A DNA stretch of 64,000 nucleotides from Candidatus Velthaea sp. GTDB taxonomy: Bacteria > Vulcanimicrobiota > Vulcanimicrobiia > Vulcanimicrobiales > Vulcanimicrobiaceae. The position numbers and the translations under genes were made by a program. Each line of letters starts with the position of its first letter. The first letter of the stretch is position 1. The notes beneath the pieces were generated by a model. That model did no database searches and had not been told where the DNA came from. It saw only the letters and a list, made by a program, of their open reading frames with translations. Positions 60,763 to 64,000 of this stretch are shown in pieces. The DNA is taken from positions 1 to 64,000 of the forward strand of contig CBDCCS010000003.1 in NCBI GenBank assembly GCA_965214935.1. Reading direction: 5' to 3'.

Positions 60763-61773
60763 GTGAAAAAACGCGATAGCTATGACGGCGTCATGGTCGG
60801 CGCGGTGCCGAGCAGCGATCCGGCGTACGCTACGATTAGCGCAATTCTCCGGATCGTTCCGGTTTCGCGCTGGGCCTTTGCGCGCGTGGCGCCGGACGGT
60901 AACACGGTGCAGCTCCTCGCTTCGGCGGGTAACGCCGAAACACTCGGCGCTCTGCATATCGAGCTTCAGCGCCAGCGGTCCGAGTCGGGTAGCGGTCCGC
61001 GGATTGCGGCCGCACTCGGCCCGCTCGACGAATTCGATAGTGGGATCACGCTACTCTTCGCGGACGCTCGTGCAACCTTCGGCATCCTCACGCTGCTGCG
61101 CACCGCCGAACTCGGGCCGTTTACATCAAGCGAAGTCAGTATGCTCACCTTCGCCTTGTCTTCGGGTTCCGATCAGCTCTCGGATTTGCGGCTACAAGCG
61201 CCCGAAAGTCAGATCCACCGCAATGCGCAAGACGATGCGACAACCGCCGATGCGGCGTTCTACGTGCTCGACCGGGACTTCGAGATCGTATTAGCTTGGA
61301 GTTCGGAGGAACAGCGGCGGGTCGCCCTGACCGGTTTGCGCACGCGCATTGCGGATCGTCTGCCGCCCGTCCTCGAAGAGACCGTTCGCGATCTGACCGC
61401 AGCGTGGGGCATTGAGCCGGCCACGCAGGAAGCCGGTTTTGCCCGGCCGGTTCCATTCTTGGTCGTACGCACGCAACCGTTGTCCGGCCCGACCGGCTTG
61501 TTCATCGGCGTCCGCATCGATCGCACTCGTGCGCCCAATCCGCTATCCGGCGCGGCATCGCGCTTCCATATTTCGCCGCGCGAACTTCAGGTGCTCGCGT
61601 TGCTGCTTGACGGCGCACATCTCGATGAAATCGGACGGCGCTTACATATCACGTCGTCGACCGTCCAAGACCATATTCGCAATATGGTCGAGAAGACGGA
61701 AAGCCGCAATCGAACCGAGCTTGTCGCACGCGTGTTGGGCTGGGACGTCGCGCCGGAAGAAACGGCGTTGTAG
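60763..61773 (+). CDS. LuxR-family HTH transcriptional regulator with unrecognised N-terminal sensor region
   Basis: C-terminal ISPRELQVLALL.DG...EIGRRLHITSSTVQDHIRN..K....NRTEL. Confidence 0.88.
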   Translation: MKKRDSYDGVMVGAVPSSDPAYATISAILRIVPVSRWAFARVAPDGNTVQLLASAGNAETLGALHIELQRQRSESGSGPRIAAALGPLDEFDSGITLLFADARATFGILTLLRTAELGPFTSSEVSMLTFALSSGSDQLSDLRLQAPESQIHRNAQDDATTADAAFYVLDRDFEIVLAWSSEEQRRVALTGLRTRIADRLPPVLEETVRDLTAAWGIEPATQEAGFARPVPFLVVRTQPLSGPTGLFIGVRIDRTRAPNPLSGAASRFHISPRELQVLALLLDGAHLDEIGRRLHITSSTVQDHIRNMVEKTESRNRTELVARVLGWDVAPEETAL

Positions 61774-61952
61774 TTTCGACGTTGCTCGCCGTGTGAAGGC
61801 CACGTTCATGCGTTGTTCGTTGGCGCTTCGCACGTGCATCGTACGCTTGTGACGTCGCAGCGGTGCGAACGGGTCAATAACGTGAGTCACCGGCATCCGC
61901 CGCGTTCTCGAGCCGTGTCGGTACGGACGAGCGGACCGACGAGGAGAACACG

Positions 61953-62165
61953 ATGTCGGAACAGCCGGCATTTCACCGATTCAAAGCTGGGGACCGCATA
62001 CGGATTCGTGGTGAAGCGATAGCCGGCGTGGTGACCGGAGTTGGCCGGCACGATGTAAGCATTCGAGTCGAAGCCCATGGACGCACGGAGCATCGCCGCT
62101 ACGCGCACGAGGCCGTCGTTCTCGAACCGATAATGATTGAGGTGTCGAACTTCACCGATCGTTGA
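61953..62165 (+). CDS. Small hypothetical protein (SH3/KOW-like beta pattern)
   Basis: Strong GAGGAG RBS; FKAGDRIRI...GVVTGV pattern; 70 aa. Confidence 0.6.
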   Translation: MSEQPAFHRFKAGDRIRIRGEAIAGVVTGVGRHDVSIRVEAHGRTEHRRYAHEAVVLEPIMIEVSNFTDR

Positions 62166-62968
62166 GCGGGCACGGAGCGATTTTGGACCTTCACCTCAGT
62201 GGGAAAACCGTGCTGATCACCGGTGCATCGCAGGGCATCGGTGCGGGTCTTGCAATGGCGTTTGCCGCCGAAGGCTGCCGGCTTACGCTAACGGCACGAA
62301 GCAGCGCGAATCTCGATGCGATCAAGCACGCAGTTCTCGCGCAGTCCCCGCACGTTTCAGTAACGCTGGTGCCGTGCGATCTTACCGAACCGGGCGCGAT
62401 CGATAAGCTTGCCGGCATGGTCGGCGACGTCGATATCCTCATCAATAATGCGGGCGCCGTTCCGGCTGGTTCGATCCTCGATATTGACGAAGCGGCCTGG
62501 CGGGCAGGCTGGGAACTTAAAGTTTTCGGCTATATCAATCTCACTCGCATCTACTACTTGCGTATGAAAGCGCGCGGTGGCGGTGTGATCGTCAACAACA
62601 TCGGGAACGGCGGTGAGATCGGCGATGCGCGCTACATTGCCGGCGGCGCAGGCAATGCGAGTCTCATGTCCTTTACCCGTTCGCTAGGCGGAGTGAGCCT
62701 CGACGATAATATTCGGATCGTCGGCGTCAATCCGGGACCGGTCGATACCGAACGCATTTACACGATGCTCAAAAAGCGTGCGCGCGATCTGTATGCCGAT
62801 GAGACGCGGTATGTCGATTTATTAAACAGGTATCCACTGGGGCGGCCGGCGCACATCGCTGAAATTACCGCTACAATCGTCTTTCTGGCATCGCCGCGTT
62901 CGAGCTACACGACGGGCACGATAGTGACGGTCGACGGCGGAATCGCCGCCCGGCGATCCATCGCCTGA
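62162..62968 (+). CDS. Atypical SDR oxidoreductase
   Basis: TGASQGIG, NNAG, LKVFGY, YIAGGAGN (no YxxxK), NPGPV.T and VDGG. Confidence 0.88.
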   Translation: MSGHGAILDLHLSGKTVLITGASQGIGAGLAMAFAAEGCRLTLTARSSANLDAIKHAVLAQSPHVSVTLVPCDLTEPGAIDKLAGMVGDVDILINNAGAVPAGSILDIDEAAWRAGWELKVFGYINLTRIYYLRMKARGGGVIVNNIGNGGEIGDARYIAGGAGNASLMSFTRSLGGVSLDDNIRIVGVNPGPVDTERIYTMLKKRARDLYADETRYVDLLNRYPLGRPAHIAEITATIVFLASPRSSYTTGTIVTVDGGIAARRSIA

Positions 62969-62973
62969 TCCCA

Positions 62974-63672
62974 GTGGTGCTCGAGCCGCGACGGCTCGGA
63001 ATGATCGTACCATCCTCGAACACCGTTGCGGAACCGGCAACGACGGCGTTGATGCCCATCGACGGGTCGGTAACCTTACACGTTGCGCGACTGCGTGTAC
63101 TCGCAATCCGCGCTGACGCTGTTTCGCAGGCGCAATTTGATTTGCGCCCGCTGCTCGATAGCGCGGCACTCCTGGCCGATGCGTGTTGCGATTTGATCCT
63201 ATGGAACGGAACCGCGGCGAGTTGGCTCGGCTTCGAGCGTGACATGCAATTAGTCGGCGCGATCCGCGCGGCGACCGGCACGCGTGCGACAACGGCGTTA
63301 CTGGCAATGAACGCCCGGCTCGCACTCTTGCGTGCGCGCCGCATCGCGCTCGTTACGCCGTACATCGCGCCGATCGAAGCGTGCATTATTGAAAACTACC
63401 GTCAAAGCGGCATCCGCGTAACGTCCGCGCTTCGCGCAGATCTTGTCGAAAACACGGCGTTTGCCAAGATCGCGCCTCATACGTTGGCCGACATGGTTCG
63501 CCGCGTCGCACAGGATGATGTAGAAGCTGTCGTGATTTTGTGTACGAACGTTGCCGGCGCGCCGCTCGTAACGGGGCTGACACGTGAGCTCGGCATACCG
63601 GTTTTGGATTCGGTCCGTGTTGCTGCCGAACACAGTTTCGCTCTGCTACGCGAAGCGCCGGGCCAAGATTGA
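62974..63672 (+). CDS. Asp/Glu racemase / maleate isomerase family protein
   Basis: GMIVPSSNTV.E, WNGT, LVTPY, LCTN and IPVLDS motifs. Confidence 0.85.
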   Translation: MVLEPRRLGMIVPSSNTVAEPATTALMPIDGSVTLHVARLRVLAIRADAVSQAQFDLRPLLDSAALLADACCDLILWNGTAASWLGFERDMQLVGAIRAATGTRATTALLAMNARLALLRARRIALVTPYIAPIEACIIENYRQSGIRVTSALRADLVENTAFAKIAPHTLADMVRRVAQDDVEAVVILCTNVAGAPLVTGLTRELGIPVLDSVRVAAEHSFALLREAPGQD

Positions 63673-63731
63673 GAAGATGCGGGTAAGAGAATTTTCGGAA
63701 CTAAACGATGGGTTGAACGATCGGCGCGCGC

Positions 63732-63998
63732 TTAGCGTGCACAGCGCCCGGTCAACAGTGAGGCGCTTAGCTGTAAGCGGCCGTTTCGCGCGCGCAGTTC
63801 GTCCCAACCGCTCAAGATCGTTACGGCGCGATTAGCAGCAAGTATCGCGCGTTCGATGCCGTCGGCCCCGCTGCTGCGCGAGCCGGTCGAGCGATTCGAT
63901 CCGACCGCGCAAACACTGCCGCAACGGCGCTTAAATAGCGAACCGAGCACGAAAAGCGTGGCCGCTTCCATCTCGAACGTGGCCACGCCGTAGTTACT
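63732..63998 (-). CDS. Uridine/nucleoside phosphorylase, C-terminal part (cut by window edge)
   Basis: GVATFEMEAATLFVLG..R.GSVCAV..NR; frame is open to the window end. Confidence 0.8.
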   Translation of the reverse strand, partial: SNYGVATFEMEAATLFVLGSLFKRRCGSVCAVGSNRSTGSRSSGADGIERAILAANRAVTILSGWDELRARNGRLQLSASLLTGRCAR

Positions 63999-64000
63999 CA

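Overview
A gene-dense, GC-rich bacterial chromosomal window. No rRNA, tRNA, CRISPR array or recognisable mobile element was found. The gene mix (FecR/DUF6600 protein, amine-oxidase stalk-domain protein, twin retropepsin protease, RND pumps, Firmicutes/Thermotoga-style cheY-cheC, a GAAC-N4-GTTC LexA-type box) suggests a diderm Terrabacterium such as Vulcanimicrobiota/Eremiobacterota. That assignment is inference only. Ordinary content: partial thiolase, peptide and sugar ABC transporters, rpiA, cyanase, mmsA, pseudouridine catabolism, a complete ureABCEFGD operon, class C beta-lactamase, PQQ dehydrogenase, MdtABC-like RND system, motAB, cheY-cheC, pgi, nucleoside hydrolase, NCS2 permease, ketose 3-epimerase, AdnAB-like helicases, SDRs and a partial uridine phosphorylase. 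The best candidate for a new system is a tight three-gene minus-strand operon at 41590-44135. It encodes (i) a homologue of cyanobacterial aldehyde-deformylating oxygenase (ADO) with all six di-iron ligands, (ii) a ligand-depleted ADO paralogue and (iii) a fatty-acyl/thioester-reductase-type extended SDR. This looks like a non-cyanobacterial, AAR-independent alkane or aldehyde pathway with a possible enzyme/pseudoenzyme heterodimer. Other notable items: a 55-aa ORF missing from the ORF track whose ATG lies in a perfect 17-bp palindrome containing an SOS box; an NRPS-like protein with dead A and T domains but an intact thioesterase; an AdnAB-like pair with only one nuclease; and a Uma2 gene with a single in-frame stop. 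All family assignments come from motif recognition by eye, without database searches.
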